A stretch of 64,000 nt of DNA from Clostridiales bacterium (GCA_017513085.1 JAFWDK010000019.1:96001-160000), one strand, 5' to 3'; positions 1 through 9,167 are shown, counted from the first letter of the stretch. Notes: generated by a model not told the origin, from the sequence alone. Program-made: numbers and translations.

Positions 1-57
1 GGAGTTTCCGAGGCGTGTCTTAGCATCAATTTGTCCGGTCAGTTCAGAAAATGCCAT
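1..57 (-). CDS. holB: DNA polymerase III delta' subunit, 5' end only (runs off window)
   Basis: ATG at 57 reads MAFSELTGQIDAKTRLGNS (F..L.GQ clamp-loader start). Position after tmk-darA matches conserved Firmicute order. Confidence 0.6.
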   Translation of the reverse strand, partial: MAFSELTGQIDAKTRLGNS

Positions 58-60
58 AGC

Positions 61-390
61 TTACATCTTCTCGAAGTGTTCGACGTTGACCACGAACACG
101 GTTGCGCCGCCTACTGTAACATCGACCGGGTACGGCACATAAGAGCCGCCCATGGCAGAAGGCGTAATATTGGTATTGATCGCTGATTGTCTGCTGGAAG
201 AATACTTACGGATCAGATCAAGGACTTCCTGCTGCTTCTCAGCCTCCACAACGATCATCAGGGTCGTGTTTCCGGAACGGAGAAATCCACCTGAAGAATT
301 CAGTTTAGTCACACGGAAACCTGCTTTATTCAACTCCGCCATCAGACGGGGTGTATCCTCATCATGTACAATCGCGAATACCAGTTTCAT
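61..390 (-). CDS. darA: PII-like cyclic-di-AMP receptor (DarA/PstA/YaaQ, DUF970)
   Basis: MKLVFAIVHDED, GGFLRSGNTT and VGGATVFV motifs; start overlaps tmk stop. Confidence 0.9.
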   Translation of the reverse strand: MKLVFAIVHDEDTPRLMAELNKAGFRVTKLNSSGGFLRSGNTTLMIVVEAEKQQEVLDLIRKYSSSRQSAINTNITPSAMGGSYVPYPVDVTVGGATVFVVNVEHFEKM

Positions 391-1010
391 CGTCCTAATA
401 CCTCCCATACAGCAAGACGCACCTTGCGGTAAATCTCGTCAGGCGCATCCATCGCACTGATACACTGTATCCTTTTCTCACTCTTTGCCAGTTCGAGATA
501 ACCATCCCGAACTTTCTTCATGAAGGCGAGTCCCTCAGCTTCCAGCCGGTCTTCCGCACCTTCTCTTCCGTTTCTCCGACGGTAGGCCTCTTCTTCCGAA
601 AGATCGAAAAGAAACGTGATATCCGGCGCCAGGCCTGCCGTACTCCAACGATTCAGATAATCGATGGCGGACAGTTCCAAGCCTCTGGCATATCCCTGAT
701 AGGCAACTGTCGAATCATAGAAACGGTCACAGATCACGACCGTGCCTTTTTCAAGCTCCGGTCTGATCTTCTCTTCTACGATCTGCGCACGCGCTGCTTC
801 ATAAAGCAGGAGCTCCGTACGCGCATGCATCTTGCTGTTCGCTTTATCCAGAAGGATCGTACGGATCTTCTCCCCGATACCGGTCGCTCCGGGTTCACGG
901 ATCAGAATGTACGGGATCCCTTCTTTTCGGAGATCATTCGAAAGCATCTCGATCTGCGTAGATTTTCCGGAACCATCGATTCCTTCAAAGGTAACGAACA
1001 AACCCTTCAT
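387..1010 (-). CDS. tmk: Thymidylate kinase
   Basis: FEGIDGSGKST P-loop; DRFYDSTVAYQG motif. Confidence 0.97.
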   Translation of the reverse strand: MKGLFVTFEGIDGSGKSTQIEMLSNDLRKEGIPYILIREPGATGIGEKIRTILLDKANSKMHARTELLLYEAARAQIVEEKIRPELEKGTVVICDRFYDSTVAYQGYARGLELSAIDYLNRWSTAGLAPDITFLFDLSEEEAYRRRNGREGAEDRLEAEGLAFMKKVRDGYLELAKSEKRIQCISAMDAPDEIYRKVRLAVWEVLGR

Positions 1011-1058
1011 GCTTTCCTTACGACCTCCTTTAACCTTTACAAATATTATATAACATAA

Positions 1059-1559
1059 TCAGTCTAACTTCACAGAATGGATGCTGGCAATTTCCAACCA
1101 GATATCCTTTTCGATCCGCTCGTTATCCTTCTTGATATCTTCGAGCGTTTCTTCCGCAGGACGACGCGGTGCACGGTTCCAGTTCTTACGGGAACGTCCC
1201 TCGCCCTCCCGGTTTTCTCTATGCTCCTGATTATTGCGGTCGTAATCTCTCTTATTGGAGCGGTACTCCCGTCTCTCCTGATTTCTTTCCGCATTCTTCT
1301 CGGAATTTCTCTCCGGATTTCTGGCTCTGTTCTCAGAACGTCTCTCTTCTTTATCCTTCGGCGCTCCGTTCTCATTTTCGTTTCCGGAACGGTTATTGTT
1401 ACGGTATCCGCCATTACGGTTCTGACTATTTCCGTGATTGCCCGGCTTTCTTCTTCTGTTTCTGTTTCCACCGTTACCACTTCTCGGCGCCTGATTTCCC
1501 CCGGTCGCAGAGACTGCCTGATTCTGATGATTCGGCTTATTGTTTTCTTGCTCGGCCAT
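1059..1559 (-). CDS. Hypothetical N/R/E/G-rich disordered protein with short helical C-terminus
   Basis: 166-aa ORF with GGAGG RBS upstream; low complexity, ending EETLEDIKKDNERIEKDIWLEIASIHSVKLD. Confidence 0.7.
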   Translation of the reverse strand: MAEQENNKPNHQNQAVSATGGNQAPRSGNGGNRNRRRKPGNHGNSQNRNGGYRNNNRSGNENENGAPKDKEERRSENRARNPERNSEKNAERNQERREYRSNKRDYDRNNQEHRENREGEGRSRKNWNRAPRRPAEETLEDIKKDNERIEKDIWLEIASIHSVKLD

Positions 1560-1622
1560 TCTTTTCCTCCCATCATCTAAAACGGATTGAACATCTTTAT
1601 TATATCGGTTTTCGGCTTTCTA

Positions 1623-2093
1623 TCAACTGTCAATGTCAGACAAGGGTCCGAAGTACCTGACCTCTTTGCTCCATTTTTCAGGGATCGTCTCCTCTCCCCG
1701 GAGGAATCCGAGCGGCACCTGAACAAAGCCTCTCTCCTCCATGCGCGGATGCGGCACCGTCAGTCTCTTGGTATCGATCCTCTCCTGTCCGTAGGTCAGA
1801 ATATCCAGATCGATCGTTCTTGGCCCCCAATGGATCTTCCTTACACGGTGAAGCGCACTCTCGATCTTCTGACACAAGTCCAGAAGCGCCACCGGCGAAA
1901 GTGAAGTCTCAAGTCTCACACAAATATTCAAAAAAGGATCCTGTTCCGTATACCCGACCGGATCCGTCTCAAAAACCGGAGAACACTTCACATTTGAAAT
2001 CTTCGGATCTTCCCTGAGCATCCGGACGGCTTTTGTAAGATTATCCATCCGGTCTCCCATATTGCTTCCCAAAGAAAGAAACGCTTCTGTCAT
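1623..2093 (-). CDS. folK: HPPK (2-amino-4-hydroxy-6-hydroxymethyldihydropteridine diphosphokinase)
   Basis: LSLGSNMGDR, WGPRTIDLDIL, PHPRM motifs. Confidence 0.96.
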   Translation of the reverse strand: MTEAFLSLGSNMGDRMDNLTKAVRMLREDPKISNVKCSPVFETDPVGYTEQDPFLNICVRLETSLSPVALLDLCQKIESALHRVRKIHWGPRTIDLDILTYGQERIDTKRLTVPHPRMEERGFVQVPLGFLRGEETIPEKWSKEVRYFGPLSDIDS

Positions 2094-2470
2094 GCTCGTC
2101 CCTCCAAGTCATTGCGGGATCTCGTGATCTCCACACCCATGGATTCAAAATCGCCCTTGATTGGTGCAAGTGGTTTTTCAATCTTCACCGTGATCTTTTC
2201 CACTTCGGCAAAAGCACTCATCACATTCTTCATGATTTCTCCGGCCATGTATTCGATCAGATCACACTGCATGGGCTCCACCGTGTTTTTCACGATCTCA
2301 TAGACCTTACTGTAATCGATGGTATCCTCGAGTTTGTCTGTCTTCCACGCCGGGATCGACGGAACAAAAAGAATAAGAGAAACCACAAACGTCTGTCCAT
2401 TTTTCTTCTCTTCTTCCAAAACCCCGCTATGGCTATTGAAGCGCATCGCATTCATGAGAATCTTATCCAT
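2090..2470 (-). CDS. folB: Dihydroneopterin aldolase
   Basis: HSGVLEEEK..GQ.F, DKLEDTIDYS, KPLAPI motifs. Confidence 0.93.
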   Translation of the reverse strand: MDKILMNAMRFNSHSGVLEEEKKNGQTFVVSLILFVPSIPAWKTDKLEDTIDYSKVYEIVKNTVEPMQCDLIEYMAGEIMKNVMSAFAEVEKITVKIEKPLAPIKGDFESMGVEITRSRNDLEGRA

Positions 2471-2474
2471 CGTC

Positions 2475-3344
2475 TTATCCTTCCATTGCCTTCCACATGG
2501 TCAATGCCTGTGCCGTGCCACGCACATCGTGAACGCGCACGGAAGCGGCATGTTCCTTCGCACAGTAACAGGAAACTGCTATCGTTGCTGCGTCCCGGTC
2601 TTCAACCGGCACTCCACCTAATGTCGCGCCGATGAAACGCTTCCGTGAAGCGCCGATCAGCATGGGATATCCTTTATTTGAGAAACAGGAAATGCTTCTG
2701 ACAAAATCGATCGATTCATCGGTCTGTGTTCCGAATCCGATTCCAGGATCGAAAAGGATCGATTGGATCGGGATCCCCGCACGGATCGCCCGCTCCAGTC
2801 CTTTTTCAAAGAAATCCTCGCATTTTTCCCGGATCGTGCCCTCACCGGAAAAGATATCCGGACGCGTATAGTTCGCCATCAGGACAAGTCCGGCATGGTT
2901 GTCGGCTACGACTTTCGCCATATCCGGATCATACATAAGTCCCCAAACATCGTTTATGATAGATGCTCCAAAAGCAAGCGCCTCCCGGGCTGTCTTGCTT
3001 TTATAGGTATCCACGGAGATCGGAACCGACACATGCTGTGCGATCAGCTTCAAAGCAGGGATCAGGCGGGACAGTTCTTCGTCCGCCGAAATCGGCTCCG
3101 CCCCGGGTCTTGTCGATTCGGCGCCAATGTCAATGATATCCGCGCCATCCTTTTCCATCTGGATCGCTCTGGCCAGAGCCTGTTCCGGAACGAAGAAATT
3201 CCCTCCGTCAGAAAAAGAATCCATCGTGACATTCAAAATACCCATTACAAGCGGACGTTCCCGGAAGGAAAGCACCTTGTCACGGAAACACCATTCTTTC
3301 TTGCCGGCATTATCGATCAGTTGTTTTCTCAGTTCGTCTGTCAT
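2475..3344 (-). CDS. folP: Dihydropteroate synthase
   Basis: MGILNVTMDSFSDGG, DIGAESTRPG, DPGIGF, SRKRF, RVHDV motifs. Confidence 0.97.
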   Translation of the reverse strand: MTDELRKQLIDNAGKKEWCFRDKVLSFRERPLVMGILNVTMDSFSDGGNFFVPEQALARAIQMEKDGADIIDIGAESTRPGAEPISADEELSRLIPALKLIAQHVSVPISVDTYKSKTAREALAFGASIINDVWGLMYDPDMAKVVADNHAGLVLMANYTRPDIFSGEGTIREKCEDFFEKGLERAIRAGIPIQSILFDPGIGFGTQTDESIDFVRSISCFSNKGYPMLIGASRKRFIGATLGGVPVEDRDAATIAVSCYCAKEHAASVRVHDVRGTAQALTMWKAMEG

Positions 3345-3363
3345 GCTCGTCCTCAGCTGCTCC

Positions 3364-3987
3364 TCAGATTACATTTCTCGGGCGGTTGATCAGTGCCAGT
3401 GCCTCGGATCTCGTTCTTGCATCCGAGCGGCATCCTCCACGCATTGCAGACGTTACCGTCTTGGAACCCGGCTTACGGATACCGCGCATCGTCATGCAAA
3501 GGTGCTCCGCCTCGATCACCACGCAGACGGAAAGCGCATCGACAGCCTCCTGGATCGTATCCGCAATCTCTGAAGTAAGTCTCTCCTGCAACTGTGGCTT
3601 GCGCGAAAGCGTGTCCACGATCCTGGCAACTTTGGAAAGGCCGAGGATCTTACCGTTTCTCGGTACATACACAACATGTGCTTTGCCATGGAACGGAAGC
3701 AGGTGATGCTCACACATAGAATAAAAAGGAATATCTCCGATCAGGATCATCTCGTCGTTGCCGGTTTCCGTAAATACCTTGACGTCTTTACTGATGTCAC
3801 GATGCAATCCGGAAAACACTTCACCATACATTCTGGCTACACGGTTCGGCGTCTCCTTGAGTCCTTCACGGTCCGGGTCTTCGCCCACCGCAATCAGGAT
3901 CTCTCTGACCGCCTTCTCTATACGCTCCAGATCCATGCCCTTCCGGCTTTCTTCCGGCACACGGAAATCATCATCATACACACTCAT
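3364..3987 (-). CDS. folE: GTP cyclohydrolase I
   Basis: [33 protein letters not shown] motifs. Confidence 0.97.
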   Translation of the reverse strand: MSVYDDDFRVPEESRKGMDLERIEKAVREILIAVGEDPDREGLKETPNRVARMYGEVFSGLHRDISKDVKVFTETGNDEMILIGDIPFYSMCEHHLLPFHGKAHVVYVPRNGKILGLSKVARIVDTLSRKPQLQERLTSEIADTIQEAVDALSVCVVIEAEHLCMTMRGIRKPGSKTVTSAMRGGCRSDARTRSEALALINRPRNVI

Positions 3988-3999
3988 TTTTTCTTCTCC

Positions 4000-4995
4000 T
4001 CAAACTCCATATTGATGCCTGTATTCCATCGGGGTCATCCCCTTCTGTTTGCGAAATGCCACATTGAATCGCTGCGGACTCGAAAAACCGACCTGCGTCG
4101 CAATACCACTGACCTTGATCTCTTTCTGGGTAAGAAGCCGGCAGGCGGCCTCGATCCGGATCTGCATAAGATAATTCATCGGACTGATACCGAATTCATC
4201 GCGAAAAGCTCTGGTGAAATATCCTTGGCTCAAGAAGACATATGAAGCCGTCTCCGCCACGGTCACGCCACGCTCATAATTCTCATCGAGATAGTCACGG
4301 GCGATCAAGACCAGTTCTCTTGCCTTGCCGTTTTTCACACGGAGGCTCTCCTCCCACTCTTCCCGAAGCGCGCGAGACAAAGTGATCAGAAGTTCCATCG
4401 TCAAGAACTGCATCATCATATCTTTGGCATAAGCATCCTGACGGCTTTCCTGCATGATCCGCTCTGCCAGCGTACCGATCGCCGTACGGCTTTTGCCCGA
4501 AATGATCAGATATGACGTATCGATCTTGGTATCCTTTTCACCCTGGGCAAAATCCAGGAAATATTCCAAAGGAAGCTGGGAAACATTTTCCTGAAGGAAA
4601 GGAACCGTAGGTCCGCCCTTCAGCCTTCCGTTATCCATCGGCTGAGACTCCTTCGGCTTCGAAAGCAAAGCTTCCTGTGCTTTTTGAATATCAGAAGAAA
4701 AACCGAAATACAGAACGACCATGTCTGCCGGGCCTTCCAGTACCCGGACAGAGTGTGTCACCTGCGGACGGATCACCAATGTGGAACCCTTCGTTACCAG
4801 GACGGTCTTTCCATTGATGTTGAATTCGCACTTTCCTCTTCTTAGATACATCAGCTCGTGGGAGGTATGTCTACTGGCAGTCGGGAAAGGCGTAGAGGTC
4901 TCGTAACAGTGTTCCACACCTTCAAACACTACGGGAATCGAGCCGGAAAACTCAAGAAGACTCTTCTCAAATGCCGGTAACAGATCTTCTACCAT
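4000..4995 (-). CDS. AraC family transcriptional regulator with N-terminal cupin
   Basis: RHTSHELMY...RPQVTHS cupin; C-terminal double HTH (YFTRAFR...IATQVGFSSPQRFNVAFRK..GMTPMEYR); AGGAGG RBS. Confidence 0.93.
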   Translation of the reverse strand: MVEDLLPAFEKSLLEFSGSIPVVFEGVEHCYETSTPFPTASRHTSHELMYLRRGKCEFNINGKTVLVTKGSTLVIRPQVTHSVRVLEGPADMVVLYFGFSSDIQKAQEALLSKPKESQPMDNGRLKGGPTVPFLQENVSQLPLEYFLDFAQGEKDTKIDTSYLIISGKSRTAIGTLAERIMQESRQDAYAKDMMMQFLTMELLITLSRALREEWEESLRVKNGKARELVLIARDYLDENYERGVTVAETASYVFLSQGYFTRAFRDEFGISPMNYLMQIRIEAACRLLTQKEIKVSGIATQVGFSSPQRFNVAFRKQKGMTPMEYRHQYGV

Positions 4996-5013
4996 GTTGT
5001 ACCTCCTGATCGT

Positions 5014-7500
5014 TTATGTTAAAAAGCGGATATTGTCTATATAGATTGCGCCTGAGCGCTGTCTGTCAAAAATCGTGAAGCGAAGGTCACTGATCTCCAT
5101 CTCATCGAAAGACGACCAGTTCAGGGTGATCGTCTGCCAGCGGAGCCCGATCGCGATCGTGGCCTCACCGCGGAAGCCGGTGATCTGCATGGTCTTCTCT
5201 GCCTGATCCGGATTAAAGACATCCAGACAGATCCTTCTGGCTTTGGAGAAGCGCAGCGGCGCCATGCAGGACGCATAGGAAAGCACCGGTCCGAAAGACA
5301 AAAGACTGTTCTCGGTCTCATATTCGATACGAAGAGAAGCCGCACCCTGGGTCTTGTTCATGACCTCACGGAAGATCTCGGCCTTTCCTTTCGTCACCTG
5401 ATATGTCGGTAGTTTTTCAAAATCACTATCCCAGGTTCTCTTTCCGATAAAAGACAGGTCTTCGCATGCGGCAAATGTCAGGTCCGGGCAATACTCGGAC
5501 GGGATGCGGTCGAAGCGGAACGGAAGCACCGGAATATCGATACGGTTACGGAATGTAGCCTGATGCGGGATCGGGCTGTATCCGTATGTAACGCCTACCG
5601 GGTTCTCGATCTCATCGTTCCATACCATAACGCGTACGCCATGCAGTATACGAGCCTGAGCCGGAACATACACGCGGCTTTCGTCGCAAATAGCAAAACC
5701 GCGAAGGATCGCTTCGTTTTCGGCAAGACGCAGACCGTCGACTGTATTATCAAAAGAAAGCATGATCTTGTTTCCGATCACTTCCACACCGACACACTCC
5801 GGCGAGGAAGAAGGCATCTTCGGGGTAAAGTGCAATCCTAACGCGATGCAGGAAAGTCTTCTTCCCAAAGCAAAGGATACAGCTTTATCGGTAAGCAGCA
5901 TATCGTGCTGGCTCAAGATTCCGATCGGCATCGGGAAACTTCTCCTGATCGCCGAAAGGCGTTCATTAAACTCCACATGCTGATACGGTTTTTCCGGATC
6001 GATTGCATCCGGATGCAGTCCCAGTATGATAAAAGACGGTACCTGAAGCTTATCTTCGATCTCACGCGGACCAAACACACGAGCCAGATCGATCAGAAGC
6101 TGTCTGACCATCGGCACATATTCTTTTCCGATCTGTGCATCCGAAGCATCAGGAGCAAACACGATACCACGGATACTGCTGTCACAAAGCGGTGCCAGTT
6201 TATGGTTATACAGTACGGACATCAGATCCTCCGGTCCCACAAGTGGCCGGTGGCTGGCTTCCGACACAAGAGTCTCATCTTCAACTTCAGCCTTCTGAAG
6301 AATAGATGAGATCAGGTCATGGTTGCTCTTGATCTCTCTGGCCACTTCCTCATCCGGGAATTGGAGAGGCTTCTCATCCTTCTTGTCCGGATCCGTTTCT
6401 GTATCTTCCAGAGGAGCTTCATAATCCAATTCAGTCCCGGCTTTTCCGTTATCCTCAGACTCTTCACTCTTCTCAGCCTCCTCGGACTTCTCGTCAGCTG
6501 TGTTCTCAGCTGCGTTTTCTTCCGTCTTTTCGTTCTCGTCTTCAGACGAATCTTCTTCAGATTTCTTATCCGGCAGTCCGCCCTGATCGTCTTCAAAAGC
6601 AAGCGCGCCTTCCGGATCGATCGGTACCTCGCAAGTTTCCTCATCTTCGAAAACAAAGGATTCCTCACTTGTTGCCTCACCGTCTTCATCCGACTTTGTA
6701 TTGTCTTTCAGAAGGCTGCCTGAAAGGATCGCGTTCTTCTTCTCCTTCAGACGGAGCACATTGGCGCGGAAACCTTCCACATCAAAATACAGATTGCGTT
6801 CGGAAAGATAATTCTTAATGACTTCGCTACTGTCCACACCATCATGTGAAAGCCAACGGTAGATCGGCGCATACTCTTCCGCCAGATCCAGGATACCTAC
6901 CGGATAGTGCAGTTGTTCAGCCAGATGATATGCAAAGGAAAAAGCAACTGATGAAACTCTGGCCAACTCTCTGGTATCACGGATGCGGATCCAGTTGTTC
7001 TGCTGTTGCATGAAGATCGGCTCATACGAGAGTTTCTCGATATCTTTTAAAGCATTTCTCTCCGGTGTATAAAAACGGATCAGCGGCATAACCTGCTTCT
7101 TGAGCGGCGTTCTCGGCGCTGCGCTCTCAGCGATCGATGTTCCGAAAGGCTTTCCACCGAACATGACCCATACGTCACCGCATCGGCAGTCTTCGATCGT
7201 CAGTTTATTGGTCAGAGACCGGAATTCTAAAGTATAGGCGTCCGTGGAAGACCGGTACGGCGGCATCTCAAATTGGAAACTGCCGTCTTCTTCCGATGTG
7301 GTCTCCAGGCTCAGGATAACACCATAGTCTGTATCCAGCTTGGATACTTTACGTCCATCCGTAGGATCCTTCTTAACTTCCAAAGTTACCGGAACATTCG
7401 GTTTTCCAACCTCTCCGCGAAGTTTTACAGGTACGCCCTGCTGAAAGACCATACCCGGTGAGATCCACGAAGGAAGACGTATATCATTCGTTTGCGTCAT
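5014..7500 (-). CDS. Degenerate sialate O-acetylesterase-like protein with acidic insertion and C-terminal carbohydrate-binding-like domain
   Basis: RLPSWISPGMVFQQ, GDVWV, SSVAFSFAYHLAEQLHYPVGI, LYNHKLAPL..SIRGIV and LPFRFD match the SIAE scaffold; catalytic motifs substituted. Confidence 0.75.
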   Translation of the reverse strand: MTQTNDIRLPSWISPGMVFQQGVPVKLRGEVGKPNVPVTLEVKKDPTDGRKVSKLDTDYGVILSLETTSEEDGSFQFEMPPYRSSTDAYTLEFRSLTNKLTIEDCRCGDVWVMFGGKPFGTSIAESAAPRTPLKKQVMPLIRFYTPERNALKDIEKLSYEPIFMQQQNNWIRIRDTRELARVSSVAFSFAYHLAEQLHYPVGILDLAEEYAPIYRWLSHDGVDSSEVIKNYLSERNLYFDVEGFRANVLRLKEKKNAILSGSLLKDNTKSDEDGEATSEESFVFEDEETCEVPIDPEGALAFEDDQGGLPDKKSEEDSSEDENEKTEENAAENTADEKSEEAEKSEESEDNGKAGTELDYEAPLEDTETDPDKKDEKPLQFPDEEVAREIKSNHDLISSILQKAEVEDETLVSEASHRPLVGPEDLMSVLYNHKLAPLCDSSIRGIVFAPDASDAQIGKEYVPMVRQLLIDLARVFGPREIEDKLQVPSFIILGLHPDAIDPEKPYQHVEFNERLSAIRRSFPMPIGILSQHDMLLTDKAVSFALGRRLSCIALGLHFTPKMPSSSPECVGVEVIGNKIMLSFDNTVDGLRLAENEAILRGFAICDESRVYVPAQARILHGVRVMVWNDEIENPVGVTYGYSPIPHQATFRNRIDIPVLPFRFDRIPSEYCPDLTFAACEDLSFIGKRTWDSDFEKLPTYQVTKGKAEIFREVMNKTQGAASLRIEYETENSLLSFGPVLSYASCMAPLRFSKARRICLDVFNPDQAEKTMQITGFRGEATIAIGLRWQTITLNWSSFDEMEISDLRFTIFDRQRSGAIYIDNIRFLT

Positions 7501-7744
7501 AGTTTTGACACCTTTCCAAAATTACACATATCTATTCTATCTTACCTATTATACGACAACTTTTCCAAACTTGCCCGAATTTCCTGAAGAATACTTAGAA
7601 TATGCAAAGAAATCATATTCTGAAATCTATGTTCGCCCCGGCAGTGCTTTTTACGCCAAGAATATTTAAATAATCTTTAGTTTCAAAAAGCCAGGAAGTA
7701 CAATCCAAGTGCATGGTATTTCCGGGGGGTGAGGAGGTGAATAA

Positions 7745-8026
7745 GTGGAAGATATCGTGTGTATGGGGAGAGTCTTGCGAACTCTTCGCCGGGCACGAGA
7801 ATTATCCCAGGTCGAAATCGCATTAAAGGCAGAACTGAACCTGTCTTACTACAGCCGGATTGAACGTGGGGAAGCCAATCCGACGATAAAAACAGTATTA
7901 AAGATCTTAGCCACATTGGACGTGCCGTATGAAGACTACTGGGGTATGGTCTCGCTCGAAAAGCAGCACTTTAATGCTGATCCGCTAACTGACGAAGATC
8001 ACGGGTCAGAAGATGTCCGGAAATAG
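7745..8026 (+). CDS. XRE/Cro-C1 family HTH protein
   Basis: LSQVEIA..AELNLSYYSRIERGEANPTIKT; GAGGAGG RBS before GTG. Confidence 0.88.
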   Translation: MEDIVCMGRVLRTLRRARELSQVEIALKAELNLSYYSRIERGEANPTIKTVLKILATLDVPYEDYWGMVSLEKQHFNADPLTDEDHGSEDVRK

Positions 8027-8110
8027 TAATATGCCGTGATACCAGTCCATGAAATCAAAGATCATATGACATCATATCCGCTGGTCACGGCATCTTTTCA
8101 AATATAGGAA

Positions 8111-8890
8111 TCAACCCAGAGGTGCAATCACCAATTCAATACCGAAATCACGGATCTCTTGTGCCTGCTCATCCGAGATACCGGAATCCGTGATCAGAAC
8201 ATCAATGCGATCCGCCGGAATAAACGAAGAGGTCGAATCCGCATTCAGTTTGCTGGAATCCACCAGTGCGATCCTGCGCTTGCACTTCTCGGCGAAGCGC
8301 TTCTTCAGTTCCAGTTCATAGAAGTTATGTCCGGTAAGTCCGGAAGTCAAGGAGAATCCGTTTCCCGATACAAAATAACTGTCGCCACTGATACGGCGAA
8401 GCATCTCTTCGCAAAGCAGTCCTTCGATCGCTCCGGAATGCGGGCGAAGCACACCGCCCACCAGGACCGTGCGGAAATTACTGTATCTTTGGATCTCCAT
8501 AGCTGTATGGATTCCGTTCGTTACGATAGTAAGATTTTCCAGTTTGCTGATAAATGGAATCATATGAAAAGTTGTGGAACTTGCATCGATGAAGATCGTC
8601 TCACCTTCACGGACAAACTTTCCGGCCTCTCTGCCGATCGCCGTCTTCTCCGCGACACACATCACGCTTCGGCGCATATAGTTTTCCGGTGCGGCAGATT
8701 GCTTTACGGAATCGGAGATCGACGCTCCACCATGAAAACGCACGATCGCGCCTTCACGTTCGAGGTCACGAAGATCACTTCTGACCGTCGCTCCGGTCAC
8801 ACCCAATCTCTCTTCGAGATCGGTCGTTGCCACTCGGCTTTCTTTTTCCAGGATTTCGAGGATTTTCTTCCTTCTGTCAACATTAATCAT
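8111..8890 (-). CDS. DeoR/GlpR family sugar-responsive regulator
   Basis: RRKKIL...GVTGATVRSDLRDLE...RFHGGA and IFIDASSTT; true start ATG 8890 (ORF-track extension overlaps the tRNA). Confidence 0.93.
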   Translation of the reverse strand: MINVDRRKKILEILEKESRVATTDLEERLGVTGATVRSDLRDLEREGAIVRFHGGASISDSVKQSAAPENYMRRSVMCVAEKTAIGREAGKFVREGETIFIDASSTTFHMIPFISKLENLTIVTNGIHTAMEIQRYSNFRTVLVGGVLRPHSGAIEGLLCEEMLRRISGDSYFVSGNGFSLTSGLTGHNFYELELKKRFAEKCKRRIALVDSSKLNADSTSSFIPADRIDVLITDSGISDEQAQEIRDFGIELVIAPLG

Positions 8891-8933
8891 ATCATTCCCA
8901 CCCCTCGTCCTATTCTTTCGTAGAACGCCACAT

Positions 8934-8962
8934 ATGATAAACGCGTTTCTATCGTTTGTCAA
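8934..8962 (-). promoter_or_regulatory. Sigma-A promoter of DeoR gene
   Basis: TTGACA-17 nt-TATCAT on minus strand. Confidence 0.65.
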
Positions 8963-8993
8963 CGTTTTCTTTTCATTTGCTTTCATTACGAAA

Positions 8994-9031
8994 TAAAAAA
9001 AAGACTGTTTCCACATTTGGGAACAGTCTTT
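8994..9031 (-). terminator. Intrinsic terminator after tRNA-Gln
   Basis: AAGACTGTTCCC-loop-GGAAACAGTCTT followed by T-run. Confidence 0.8.
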
Positions 9032-9105
9032 TGGCTGCCGAACTAGGATTCGAACCCAGACAGACGGTGCCAGAAACCGGAGTGCTACCCTTACACAATT
9101 CGGCA
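9032..9105 (-). tRNA. tRNA-Gln(CUG)
   Basis: Acceptor stem TGCCGAA/TTCGGCA, loop TT-CTG-GC, GGTTCGAATCC T-arm, encoded CCA. Confidence 0.93.
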
Positions 9106-9127
9106 ATGTTGTTAATCAACGCTAGAA

Positions 9128-9156
9128 AGTATACCAAAAGATTTCGGCAAGTGCAA
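9128..9156 (-). promoter_or_regulatory. Sigma-A promoter of tRNA-Gln
   Basis: TTGCAC-17 nt-TATACT with TGn extension. Confidence 0.65.
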
Positions 9157-9167
9157 TACCTTTTTCT

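Noticed and set aside
1070-1660. Three additional long ORFs overlapping the disordered protein gene
   Set aside because: Low-complexity purine-rich sequence lacks stop codons in several frames; the 1059-1559 frame has a well-spaced RBS and a coherent C-terminus.
8891-9106. N-terminal extension of the DeoR ORF
   Set aside because: Overlaps the tRNA-Gln, its terminator and the DeoR promoter; real start is 8890.
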